Assembly: GCA_946498245.1 (NCBI GenBank)
Contig: CAMMNN010000002.1
Span: forward strand, 56,898-120,897
Reading direction: 5' to 3'
DNA length: 64,000 nt
Source of the DNA: an uncultured Clostridium sp.
GTDB taxonomy: Bacteria > Bacillota > Clostridia > Lachnospirales > Lachnospiraceae
Shown: in pieces, positions 37,422-46,014 of the stretch
How the letters are laid out: each line of letters starts with the position of its first letter
Position numbering within the stretch: the stretch's first letter is position 1
The notes under the pieces: generated by a model
Seen by the model: the letters and a program-made list of their open reading frames with translations, nothing else
Databases searched by the model: none
What the model was told of the DNA's origin: nothing
Program-made: the position numbers and the translations under genes

Positions 37422-39173
37422 CTAATTTGCAGATGTATACAATTGATAATACATTCCCCTTGCCTTCATCAGCTCTTCGTGGCTGCCTTCTTCTACAATA
37501 TGGTTTCCCGACAGCACCAGAATCCGGTCTGCGCTGCGGATAGTGGACAGCCGGTGGGCGATGGTCAGGGTGGTTCTTCCTACGGCCAGCTTGTCCAGGG
37601 ACTGGGATACCAGGTACTCGCTTTCATTGTCCAGGGCTGACGTGGCCTCGTCTAACAGCAAAATCGGGGGATTCTTTAAAAACACCCGGGCAATGCTGAT
37701 GCGCTGCTTCTGTCCTCCCGACAGCTTCACTCCCCGTTCTCCCACATAAGTATCGTACCCGTCTTTTAACTCTGTAATAAAATCATGGGCTCCCGATAAT
37801 TTTGCCGCTTCTATAACTTCCTCTCTGGAAGCCCCCGGCTTACCGTAAGCGATGTTGTCGTAAACCGTACCGGAAAAGAGGTAAACGTCCTGCTGCACTA
37901 CGCCTACATTGGAGCGCAGGCTCTTTAACGTAAGCCCCTTAATATCCTGGCCGTCTATGGAGATCCTGCCTTTGGTGGTATCGTAAAATCTTGGAATCAG
38001 ATTGCACAGCGTCGTCTTTCCGCCTCCCGAGGGCCCCACTAAGGCAACCTTTTCCCCTTTTTTAATCCGCAGATTAATATTGTCCAGAACCGGCGTATGA
38101 TCGTCAGGATATTCAAAGCTGACGCCCTCAAAAACAATCTCTCCCTTTACATCTGTTAAGGGCTTTGCCCCTTCCTGGTCAAAGATGTCCGCCCCGGCGT
38201 CCATAATCTCTACGAAACGTTCAATTCCCGTCATACCCCGCTGGAACTGCTCTGCAAATTCGATTATCCGGCGTATAGTCGCCAAAAGAGTGGTAACGTA
38301 AAGGGTGTAAGCCACCAAATCTCCGGGAAGAATATAGCCTTTCACCATAAAAATGCCGCCTGCCACAAGAACCACAGCGTACATAATGCCGTCAAAAATC
38401 CTTACAGTGTCCTGGAAAGAGGCCATGTAAAAATACGTCAGCTTCTTAATATCCAGAAATTTCAGATTGTCCTTCTGGAATTTTTCAATTTCCACGTCCT
38501 CATTGGCAAAAGCCCGGACTACCCGGTTTCCCAAAAGGCTGTCCTCAATTCTGGCGTTGAGATCGCCGATATGGTTTCTCTGGACTTTAAAAGCCGCCCT
38601 TACCTTCAGATTAAACCAGGTACAGGAAACGGTCATAATGGGAATGCAGACAAAAATAATCACCGTCAGAGGCAGATTAATCCCCGCCAAAATAATAAAA
38701 GAAACCACTGCCTTTAAAAAGGCGATGAAAAACTCCTCGGGACAGTGGTGAGCAAACTCCGTCACGTCAAAGAGGTCGCTGGTGATTCTGGACATTAACT
38801 GCCCCACCTTAGTATTGCTGTAAAAGCTGTCTGACAGCTCCTGAAGGTGGACAAAGGCGTCCCGCCGCATATCCGTTTCGATTTTGGCTCCCATAATGTG
38901 GCCCGTATAGGCCATATAAAAGTAAGCCAGCCCGTCAAGCGCTCTCAGCCCCAGGTAAATAAGCCCTACCGTCACTACGGTTTTTACGGAAAGAGCCGCC
39001 AGGTTTTCCATGCCCGTATTGGTAATATACCGCATCATCAGGGGCAGGACCATTTCGCAAACAGTGGTCATGGAGGCGCACAGCAGGTCAAAAACCATAA
39101 TTCCCAGATAGGGACGGTAATAAGGAGCAAAACGCGCAAGAAGGGTTCCCGTTTTCATATTTCTCGTATTCAT
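37422..39173 (-). CDS. ABC exporter, fused permease/ATPase (MsbA/MdlB-like)
   Basis: Six-helix TMD, then Walker A GPSGGGKTT, signature LSGGQKQR, Walker B LLLDEATSALD. Confidence 0.92.
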   Translation of the reverse strand: MNTRNMKTGTLLARFAPYYRPYLGIMVFDLLCASMTTVCEMVLPLMMRYITNTGMENLAALSVKTVVTVGLIYLGLRALDGLAYFYMAYTGHIMGAKIETDMRRDAFVHLQELSDSFYSNTKVGQLMSRITSDLFDVTEFAHHCPEEFFIAFLKAVVSFIILAGINLPLTVIIFVCIPIMTVSCTWFNLKVRAAFKVQRNHIGDLNARIEDSLLGNRVVRAFANEDVEIEKFQKDNLKFLDIKKLTYFYMASFQDTVRIFDGIMYAVVLVAGGIFMVKGYILPGDLVAYTLYVTTLLATIRRIIEFAEQFQRGMTGIERFVEIMDAGADIFDQEGAKPLTDVKGEIVFEGVSFEYPDDHTPVLDNINLRIKKGEKVALVGPSGGGKTTLCNLIPRFYDTTKGRISIDGQDIKGLTLKSLRSNVGVVQQDVYLFSGTVYDNIAYGKPGASREEVIEAAKLSGAHDFITELKDGYDTYVGERGVKLSGGQKQRISIARVFLKNPPILLLDEATSALDNESEYLVSQSLDKLAVGRTTLTIAHRLSTIRSADRILVLSGNHIVEEGSHEELMKARGMYYQLYTSAN

Positions 39174-39357
39174 TTTTCATAGTTCCTTTTCTAGTCTAAA
39201 AGGGCGGCACTGCCGCCGCAGATTGCAAACCTTTCAGGTGTCTTTTTTATTCTATCCTATTTTGTCAGGAAAAGAAACCACTTTTTCTATTCTTCTGGAC
39301 GAATCTTCCCTTTTCTTTTATAATAGACAAAAAGAATTACAAAGGAGAATCACTGCT

Positions 39358-40062
39358 ATGCCTTATTGTCCAAAATGCGATATGGAATTTGTAGAGGGAA
39401 TTACCGTCTGCTCTGACTGCGGCGGACCTCTGGTGGAATCCGAAGAAGCGTATAAGAAAATGAAGAAGGAGGAAGACGCAGAGAAGGCCGCCTCCCTGGA
39501 AAATCTCCGGGCTGCCGAAGCCTCCTTAGAGGAAGAAACCGGAAAAAGCGCCGCTCCCCATGAAGATCCTCTGGCCCCTATGGGGAAAAAGTCTGTAGTC
39601 CATCCCGGCGTTTATATCGACGCCGCCCAGCGCTACGACGATATGAAGTCTTCCGCCTCCGCTTTTTACCTGGTAGGAGCCGGCTTTACCGTCTTTTCCG
39701 CTGTGTGCTGGATGGGCCTTATTTCCCTTCCCCTGCTGGTACGCATTGTCATTACCGTTATCGGCCTTGGTTCTCTGGCTGTGGGCTTTAAAACCACCCA
39801 GTCAGCCAAAAAGCTGGCGCCGGAAATTTCCGCTGAAAAGGAGCGTACCCAGTCCATTATCCAGTGGTTTACAGACACCTACACCGGCAAGGATCTGGAC
39901 AGCCGCATCAGCGCCGAGCACTCCGATCTTTCAGAAGAGGAACGGAGCCTCAAGCGCTATGAGCTGATTCAGGATTACCTGGTAACCAATCACGATCTTC
40001 CGGATCCGGCTTATGTAGACGCTTTGGCGGAAGAAATTTACGGAAAGCTTTTCGAGGCTTAA
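39358..40062 (+). CDS. Zinc-ribbon membrane protein, hypothetical
   Basis: Start at ATG 39358 after AAAGGAGAA. N-terminal CPKC...CSDC zinc ribbon, acidic linker, two hydrophobic helices. Confidence 0.65.
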   Translation: MPYCPKCDMEFVEGITVCSDCGGPLVESEEAYKKMKKEEDAEKAASLENLRAAEASLEEETGKSAAPHEDPLAPMGKKSVVHPGVYIDAAQRYDDMKSSASAFYLVGAGFTVFSAVCWMGLISLPLLVRIVITVIGLGSLAVGFKTTQSAKKLAPEISAEKERTQSIIQWFTDTYTGKDLDSRISAEHSDLSEEERSLKRYELIQDYLVTNHDLPDPAYVDALAEEIYGKLFEA

Positions 40063-41051
40063 CCCCTTTCTTTCAGAAGGGTTTCGATTTCTTCTCTGGA
40101 GGGCATGACCCTGAGAGCCCCTTTCCGGGTGGTGATTAAGGACGCCGCCGCGTTGGCAAAGGTCAGCATACAGCGGAGTTTTTCCTCTGTCATGCCTTCC
40201 AGCCCGTTATCTAAAACGTAGTTCAGGACGCAGGCGCAGAATGTGTCCCCGGCTCCCGTAGTCTCTATGGTATTTTTCTGTAAAAAGGGCTTAACTTCCA
40301 CTATCACATCTTCCGCCGCTCCTGCCGGCCGGTAATAAGCGCGGCTCCCATCTTTTCCCATAGAAACCAAAATCAGGGGGATGGAAAATTCCCGGCGGAT
40401 ACAGTTTACCCCTTCTGTGTAGTCCTCTTTTCCTGTCAGCCACTGGATCTCATTATCGGAAATCTTTAAAATATGGCACTTTCCCAGGCCCCAGCGAACC
40501 TGCTCTCTGGCCTCTTCCATATCCTTCCAAAGAGGCGGCCTCAGATTGGGGTCAAAGCTTATAATGGCTCCCCCTCTTTCTGCTTCCTCTACCGCCGCTT
40601 TCGTCGCCTGACGGACTCCCTCGTCCGTCATAGACAGGGTTCCGAAGTGGAACAGGCGGGTATTGCGGATCCGCTCCATATCCACCTCATCTTCTCTCAA
40701 CATCATATCGGCACCCGGATTCCGGTAAAAGGAAAAGTCCCGGTCGCCGTCGGCAAAGGTGTGAACCATGGCCAAGGTGGTGTGGATCTCCTTATCGTAA
40801 ACCAGGTTTCCTGCGTCGATTCCCACCTCTTCTACAGCGGATTTTAACATCTTTCCAAAAAAATCGTCCCCCACTTTTCCGATAAAAGCCGTCTTTTTCC
40901 CCAGCTTTGCCAGCATGGCAAGCACATTGCAGGGAGCGCCGCCGGGATTGGCCTCAAACAGCCCGTTTCCCTGGCTGCTGACCCCGTTTTCCGTAAAATC
41001 AATAAGCAGTTCCCCTAAAGCCACTACATCATACATTCTTTTTTCCTCCAT
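40059..41051 (-). CDS. PfkB family carbohydrate kinase (fructokinase-like)
   Basis: Start at ATG 41051 (MEEKRMYDVVALGELLIDF). C-terminal TTGAGDTF motif. The longer annotated ORF would overlap the upstream M15 gene. Confidence 0.88.
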   Translation of the reverse strand: MEEKRMYDVVALGELLIDFTENGVSSQGNGLFEANPGGAPCNVLAMLAKLGKKTAFIGKVGDDFFGKMLKSAVEEVGIDAGNLVYDKEIHTTLAMVHTFADGDRDFSFYRNPGADMMLREDEVDMERIRNTRLFHFGTLSMTDEGVRQATKAAVEEAERGGAIISFDPNLRPPLWKDMEEAREQVRWGLGKCHILKISDNEIQWLTGKEDYTEGVNCIRREFSIPLILVSMGKDGSRAYYRPAGAAEDVIVEVKPFLQKNTIETTGAGDTFCACVLNYVLDNGLEGMTEEKLRCMLTFANAAASLITTRKGALRVMPSREEIETLLKERG

Positions 41052-41055
41052 TTCC

Positions 41056-41724
41056 TCAGCCTCCCGTTGTGGAAAAATGCTGATAATCTTTGCAGGTTGT
41101 CCAGTCTCCGCCCCATAAAAACCCATACTTTTCAAAAATCCGCACACAGGCGTCTCCCGCCTGGATTTTATAGGGAAATTCCTTTGTCCTATCAGAATAG
41201 ACGCCGCTTCCCTCCGGGGAGCAGCAAAGCTTCCCCTGGGCGTCGGTTCTGACGTAAGGGTTATAAAGAGGATTAATATCCACCGCCACACCCAGGCTGT
41301 GGAGAGACAGCTTTTCCTTTCCCGGAACCTTCCGGAAGTTAAAGCAACTGGAATTATTGGCAGCCATAGACGCCTCGTCGTCCCCGCCGTACTCGTCAAT
41401 GAGAAGCACCTTCTCTATGGGATATTTCTCCTGATACAGCTCCCAAAAAACTTCCAGAAGAGCCTGACTGACGCTTTTATCACAGATAAGCTCACCCACC
41501 GTCGTACCCTTTGGCCCCCAATGGAGCAGCCTCAGATAGCGGAGGCTTTCCCTGGGAACCGTGCAGTCCTCTTTAAAGGATTTTTTCCAAATCCTCTGGA
41601 AAATTTCGTCCGTAATGGCGGATTCATAGAAATACTTCCTGCCCTCTTCACCTAAGAAAGCGCCGCCGGCTGCCTGTTCCCCCGGCTGCAGCTCCTGTTC
41701 TTCTCTATTATCCATAATTTTCAT
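41056..41724 (-). CDS. M15 family (VanX/VanY-type, LAS) zinc peptidase with no signal peptide
   Basis: H-x6-D motif SLHSLGVAVDIN and a C-terminal His in DYQHF. The N-terminus is acidic and hydrophilic. Confidence 0.75.
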   Translation of the reverse strand: MKIMDNREEQELQPGEQAAGGAFLGEEGRKYFYESAITDEIFQRIWKKSFKEDCTVPRESLRYLRLLHWGPKGTTVGELICDKSVSQALLEVFWELYQEKYPIEKVLLIDEYGGDDEASMAANNSSCFNFRKVPGKEKLSLHSLGVAVDINPLYNPYVRTDAQGKLCCSPEGSGVYSDRTKEFPYKIQAGDACVRIFEKYGFLWGGDWTTCKDYQHFSTTGG

Positions 41725-41736
41725 CCCCCTTTCATC

Positions 41737-43257
41737 CTAAAAGCTGGCATAGATAAATGCCGACGGATCGTATCCTCTGCCGTAACATCCCCATATCAGT
41801 ACCAGAAATGCCAGCACAGCGCAGGAAGCCCCGCATACTGCAAGGTTTCGCTCCTTCTTTTCTTTTTCCAGGCTTCGGGATACCGCCAAAAAAAGTATCA
41901 GGCCGCAGAGAAGGACTCCGCCGTCAGGCCCTGACAGCCCCAGAGAAGCAAGGCCTTCCCCGGTAAACAGTCCCAGATTGCCGGAAAACATACCTTTTAA
42001 GATCCCCAATGCCATTTTTAAGGAATCAGAGCGGAAAAATACAAATCCCACCGCCACCAGCACAAAAGTACGGAGTCTTTGAAAGCCCGTCCACAGGGGA
42101 TGTTCCCGCCGGATCCCCGTTTTTTCATAAAATTTCTTCTGCCACGGCTCCGTCATCAAAGCCGCCGCCATAAGAATGCCATGGTACAGGCCGGATCCGA
42201 TAATAAAAGTCCACTTCCCGCCATGCCACAATCCAAGGAGAAACCATACGGACAAAAGGGCCGCCGCTGCGGAAAGCTTTTTCCCCTGTTTCTTCCCCAG
42301 CCATTTCTTTCCAAAAGCTCCAATGGCCTGGAAAGCCCCGGTCTTTTGGAGGGGATACATGACAAAATCCCGGAACCACGCGCCCAGGGTCATATGCCAT
42401 CTTCTCCAAAATTCCGCAATGGTACGGGAAGCAAAGGGCCTGCGGAAATTCTCCGCCAGAGAAACGCCGAAAAGCCGAGCCGTTCCCAGGGCAATATCCA
42501 TAGCCCCGTTAAAATCCGTATAAAGCTGCAGGGCAAAGGCCACGGCTCCCAGAATCAGGAAGCTTCCGCTGTAGGTTTCATAATCCCCGTAAACCGTATT
42601 GACCATTACGGCCAGCCGTTCTGACAGTACCAGCTTTTGGAAGAACCCCCAAAGCATTCTCTCTAATCCGGCGAAGAAATTTTCCGCCGAAAAGCCCTCT
42701 CCCTGAAAAAGAGACGGCGATACTTCCCCATACCGGACAATGGGGCCCATGGCCATCTGGGGGAAGAAGCCGCCGAAAAGAGCCAGCCGCAGCGGATTTT
42801 TCTCCGCCTTTAAAATTCCCCAATAAACCTCTGTCAGATACCCTGTGAGGGTCAAAGTGTAAAAAGAAATAGCCAGAGGAGCGCCCGTTTCCACAGGTTC
42901 CCATTGGTATTCCCTTCCCGTCAGCCAGGAAATCTCTTCCATGGTGTAGCCCGGAAAATTTCTGTACTGGAAGGCTGCCAAAAGGACAAGGAGCACAGCC
43001 AGAGTTCCCCAAAAAAGCCCTTTTTCTATCCCTCCATCTGCCTCTCTGGTTCTTCCTTTCTCAATTCCCAGAGCCGCAATCCATACCAGGAAGGCGGAAA
43101 CACCGTACACAAAAAGGCTTTTCACCCCGCCTGCCAGACACAGATACAGGGCGCTGGCCAGACATAAAAGCCCTGGCCTAAAGCCTTTGGGGCAGCCGTA
43201 ATACAAAACCAGGAGAAGAATTAAAAACAGCCCGAAGCCATAGGATACAAAGGTCAT
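41737..43257 (-). CDS. MBOAT family membrane-bound O-acyltransferase (DltB/AlgI-like)
   Basis: 506-aa polytopic ORF with FWRRWHMTLGAWFRDF and the catalytic-His block LGLWHGG. ATGA overlap with the carrier-protein gene. Confidence 0.9.
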   Translation of the reverse strand: MTFVSYGFGLFLILLLVLYYGCPKGFRPGLLCLASALYLCLAGGVKSLFVYGVSAFLVWIAALGIEKGRTREADGGIEKGLFWGTLAVLLVLLAAFQYRNFPGYTMEEISWLTGREYQWEPVETGAPLAISFYTLTLTGYLTEVYWGILKAEKNPLRLALFGGFFPQMAMGPIVRYGEVSPSLFQGEGFSAENFFAGLERMLWGFFQKLVLSERLAVMVNTVYGDYETYSGSFLILGAVAFALQLYTDFNGAMDIALGTARLFGVSLAENFRRPFASRTIAEFWRRWHMTLGAWFRDFVMYPLQKTGAFQAIGAFGKKWLGKKQGKKLSAAAALLSVWFLLGLWHGGKWTFIIGSGLYHGILMAAALMTEPWQKKFYEKTGIRREHPLWTGFQRLRTFVLVAVGFVFFRSDSLKMALGILKGMFSGNLGLFTGEGLASLGLSGPDGGVLLCGLILFLAVSRSLEKEKKERNLAVCGASCAVLAFLVLIWGCYGRGYDPSAFIYASF

Positions 43258-43505
43258 TTCTTCTGCTCCTGTTTCCTGTCAATCAGATCCGCCATTTCCC
43301 CTACGTTTCCCATGGTGGTCACTTCTCCCATGGTAAATTTAATGTCAAAGGCATTTTCCACAGCTACAATGAGGTTAATGTGTTCCAGGCTGTCCCATTC
43401 CTCAATGTCCGCCGCTGTCGTATACTCGCTTACGTGGATTTCCGGATCGTCAAAAACATCCTGGAATACCTGATCCAGCCTTTCAAAAATCTCTTCTCTC
43501 GTCAT
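43254..43505 (-). CDS. Acyl/peptidyl carrier protein (DltC-like)
   Basis: 83-aa acidic ORF with the phosphopantetheine Ser motif EEWDSLEHINL. Confidence 0.85.
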   Translation of the reverse strand: MTREEIFERLDQVFQDVFDDPEIHVSEYTTAADIEEWDSLEHINLIVAVENAFDIKFTMGEVTTMGNVGEMADLIDRKQEQKK

Positions 43506-43533
43506 CTTTCTTCCTCCTGCCCTCTTGTCTTTC

Positions 43534-45336
43534 TTACGTTCTTTTTATCCCAATAGCCCGGTTTTGGGGCGCATAGCCTTTTATCTCCATCTCCCAAATC
43601 CCGGCGCCGTCTTCTTTTTCTTCTATCAGGCCAAAGCCCATGGTTTTATAAAATTCCTTTACCATGGCGTTTTTGGGCGTGGGATAGTAATATCCCCTGA
43701 CTTTGGAAATTCCTCTTTCTCCGGCCCTTCTGACCAATTCATCCAGCATAGCCTTTTCCATGTCCCGCTTTAATACCCGGCAGGACATAAGCCACAAAAG
43801 GATATGGAGAGTCTCCCCCTCCTGCTTTCCCAAAACCACGGAAACTACGCCGTTGTCCCCAAAGCGGTCCTCCAGCTTTCCGTACAGATCCAAATACTCT
43901 TCAGACTGAGCAAACTCCTTTAGCTGGGCTTCCGTATATCTTCTGGTGGTAAGATTAAACTGGTTGGATTTATTGGTAAGCTGGGCGATTCTTGCCATAT
44001 ACTCCGGAGGAAAGGATCCAATCTCCCCTTTCATCTCCAAAGATTCCAGGTATTGGCCGTAATCGGAAAAAGCGGCCTCCTGCCGTTTCCTCAGGGCGTT
44101 TTCCCGGTACATATCGTTCCGTTTCAGATCGTCCGCCGACAGCCTGACTCCCTCAAAGAAACCGGAACGGTCCAGGATCCGGATATAGCGCTCCGGCTGA
44201 GGCTGCTGGCCCTCTGTGATTTCCGGCGCCGCCGTCTGGGGGCACTGGGCCTTTACCATATGACGTTCCGCCGGGTTGTCGTCTACAAAGACCAGGGCGT
44301 CCTCCCCGATATTGAGTTCCTTTGCGATTTCCTTTAAATTTCTGTCCTTAGGCTCCCAATTGGCCTTCACGACAATAAAATCCTCCGGCTTTAAGATGCT
44401 GTCCGGCCGTCTCAGGCCAGCCAGGGCGTTTTCCTCCTGGTTTTTGGAATTGACGTTTAAAAGGATCCCCAGCTTTTTGCAGGCCTTTACATAGGTTTGA
44501 AATTCGCTGTAAACCTGGGCCATGCCCGTTTCCTGTCCAATCTCAATGGCCTCCGGCCCGTCGTCGCCCACTACGCCGCCCCAAAGGGTATTGTCCAGAT
44601 CCAGAGCCAGGGCTTTTTTATTTTTTCCGTAAAGGGCTTTTACCATATTGGCCAGATTAAAAGCCAAATCCGGAACGGCAGGCACTGCGGGACTGCATTT
44701 ATACATATGCCAGTACAGAGGATCGTCCCAACGGCTCAGGCCGTAATCGGCAGAGAGCCAATCAATATCCTGAATCAAAAAGTCTTCGTGTTCCGCTGCA
44801 TACTGGCAAAACCTCTGGTTTAGCTGTCCCAAAAACCAGCCTCTGCCCCGAAAATCCCAGACGTCCATGTTTCCCATGAGGCGGAAAAAGGGCTTTTCAA
44901 AATTGTTCTGGATAATAGGACAGTGAAACCTGTCAGAAAGGCTTTCCCAGATCTGCCGGAAATGGTTCCAGATTTCGTCCAGCTTTTCTTCAGCCTTTTC
45001 CCTGGTATCCCCTGGGGCCGGAAAAGCTTTCTCCGGAACGTTCCGGCTGGTGGTATGAATATAAATCAAATCCGGCTGAAAGTCGGAAAGCTCCTGATTT
45101 CCAAATACTCCGTCCTCGTAGTAACGGTTATAGCCGGACTCGTAAAATTCTCCCTCAATGCCGTAATTTAACAGAAACAGCTCCAGCATCTGAATGACGT
45201 TGTGGGTTGTAGATCCGCCTAAAACAGCGATCCGTTTCCGGATCCGATCCGTTTTCTCTTCCAAAAGGAGCCTTTTGAGGCTCTTTCTTTTTTTTAGCAG
45301 GTAATTCCCGTCAAAGGGGTATTCCAGCTCCCTCAT
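43534..45336 (-). CDS. HAD-IIIC / FkbH-like domain protein
   Basis: 600-aa ORF with HAD motif I LDLDNTLWGG and a downstream VDDNP block. The C-terminal GNAT-like region has a conserved-looking Cys (LWLMSCRVLKR). Confidence 0.8.
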   Translation of the reverse strand: MRELEYPFDGNYLLKKRKSLKRLLLEEKTDRIRKRIAVLGGSTTHNVIQMLELFLLNYGIEGEFYESGYNRYYEDGVFGNQELSDFQPDLIYIHTTSRNVPEKAFPAPGDTREKAEEKLDEIWNHFRQIWESLSDRFHCPIIQNNFEKPFFRLMGNMDVWDFRGRGWFLGQLNQRFCQYAAEHEDFLIQDIDWLSADYGLSRWDDPLYWHMYKCSPAVPAVPDLAFNLANMVKALYGKNKKALALDLDNTLWGGVVGDDGPEAIEIGQETGMAQVYSEFQTYVKACKKLGILLNVNSKNQEENALAGLRRPDSILKPEDFIVVKANWEPKDRNLKEIAKELNIGEDALVFVDDNPAERHMVKAQCPQTAAPEITEGQQPQPERYIRILDRSGFFEGVRLSADDLKRNDMYRENALRKRQEAAFSDYGQYLESLEMKGEIGSFPPEYMARIAQLTNKSNQFNLTTRRYTEAQLKEFAQSEEYLDLYGKLEDRFGDNGVVSVVLGKQEGETLHILLWLMSCRVLKRDMEKAMLDELVRRAGERGISKVRGYYYPTPKNAMVKEFYKTMGFGLIEEKEDGAGIWEMEIKGYAPQNRAIGIKRT

Positions 45337-45380
45337 CCTATGATTTCCCCCTTTTTTCTAAGGCTTTTATCTTCACAAAA

Positions 45381-45434
45381 GGAGCTGCCCGCAGCAAGCT
45401 CAGACTCACGCCTGATGGCCTGTGCAGCAGCTCC
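45381..45434 (-). terminator. Possible internal terminator/attenuator hairpin between the secreted-protein gene and the FkbH-like gene
   Basis: On the minus strand, GGAGCTGC ... GCAGCTCC (8-bp outer stem, long structured loop) is followed by TTTTGTG. Confidence 0.35.
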
Positions 45435-45447
45435 GTCCGCCATTCCG

Positions 45448-45951
45448 TTACTTTTTCGCTACGTAATACTCATAAGCAATATCTACTACTTTATCGTTGT
45501 CAATGCCGCAGTCAATGACGATCTGGGAATTTCCCAGAGTCACGGTGTAAAGGCCCAGGCTTTCCACTGCGTCAGGGTAAGCTTTCTTTACGTCCCCGGG
45601 CGTCTGTCCCAGCTTAACGCCCTCTTCCGTAGCCGCGCCGTCTTTCAATACCACGGTCTGAATAATGGTCTTTTTGGCTTCGTTCTGGGTGGTGTAAATG
45701 TCAAAATCATCATACTGATATACCTTGTCTTTTCCTCCGTTGGCGCAGTTATTTAAGGTCTTAACCGCATCCGCTTTTCCAAGGCTGTCCAGCACCGGAT
45801 CCGCCTCAGCTCCTACTGCAATCTGAACCTTATCCGCCGTAAAGGTGTAGGCCGTCTTTGCCGCCTCCGCCCATGTGCAGACGGTGGAACTAAAAACCGC
45901 CGCCGCTGTCAAGAAAACCGCCGCCGCTTTTTTTCCTTTTCTCATTTTCAT
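45448..45951 (-). CDS. Small secreted protein, hypothetical
   Basis: 167-aa ORF with an N-terminal signal peptide (KKAAAVFLTAAAVFSSTVCTWAEA). No family recognised. Confidence 0.6.
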   Translation of the reverse strand: MKMRKGKKAAAVFLTAAAVFSSTVCTWAEAAKTAYTFTADKVQIAVGAEADPVLDSLGKADAVKTLNNCANGGKDKVYQYDDFDIYTTQNEAKKTIIQTVVLKDGAATEEGVKLGQTPGDVKKAYPDAVESLGLYTVTLGNSQIVIDCGIDNDKVVDIAYEYYVAKK

Positions 45952-46014
45952 TTCCTCCTGATTATCAGTATCTCTTTATCTTAATCTCTTCATCCTAATC
46001 TCTTTATCTTATGT

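Noticed and set aside
39203-39217. GC hairpin GGCGGC-ACT-GCCGCC upstream of the ABC exporter gene
   Set aside because: It resembles a minus-strand terminator (followed by CTTTT), but no minus-strand gene ends upstream of it. It more likely lies in the divergent promoter/5' UTR region and has no assignable role.
41052-41399. 116-codon N-terminal extension of the PfkB kinase ORF
   Set aside because: It overlaps the M15 peptidase gene in another frame. ATG 41051 gives the typical kinase N-terminus (YDVVALGELLIDF).
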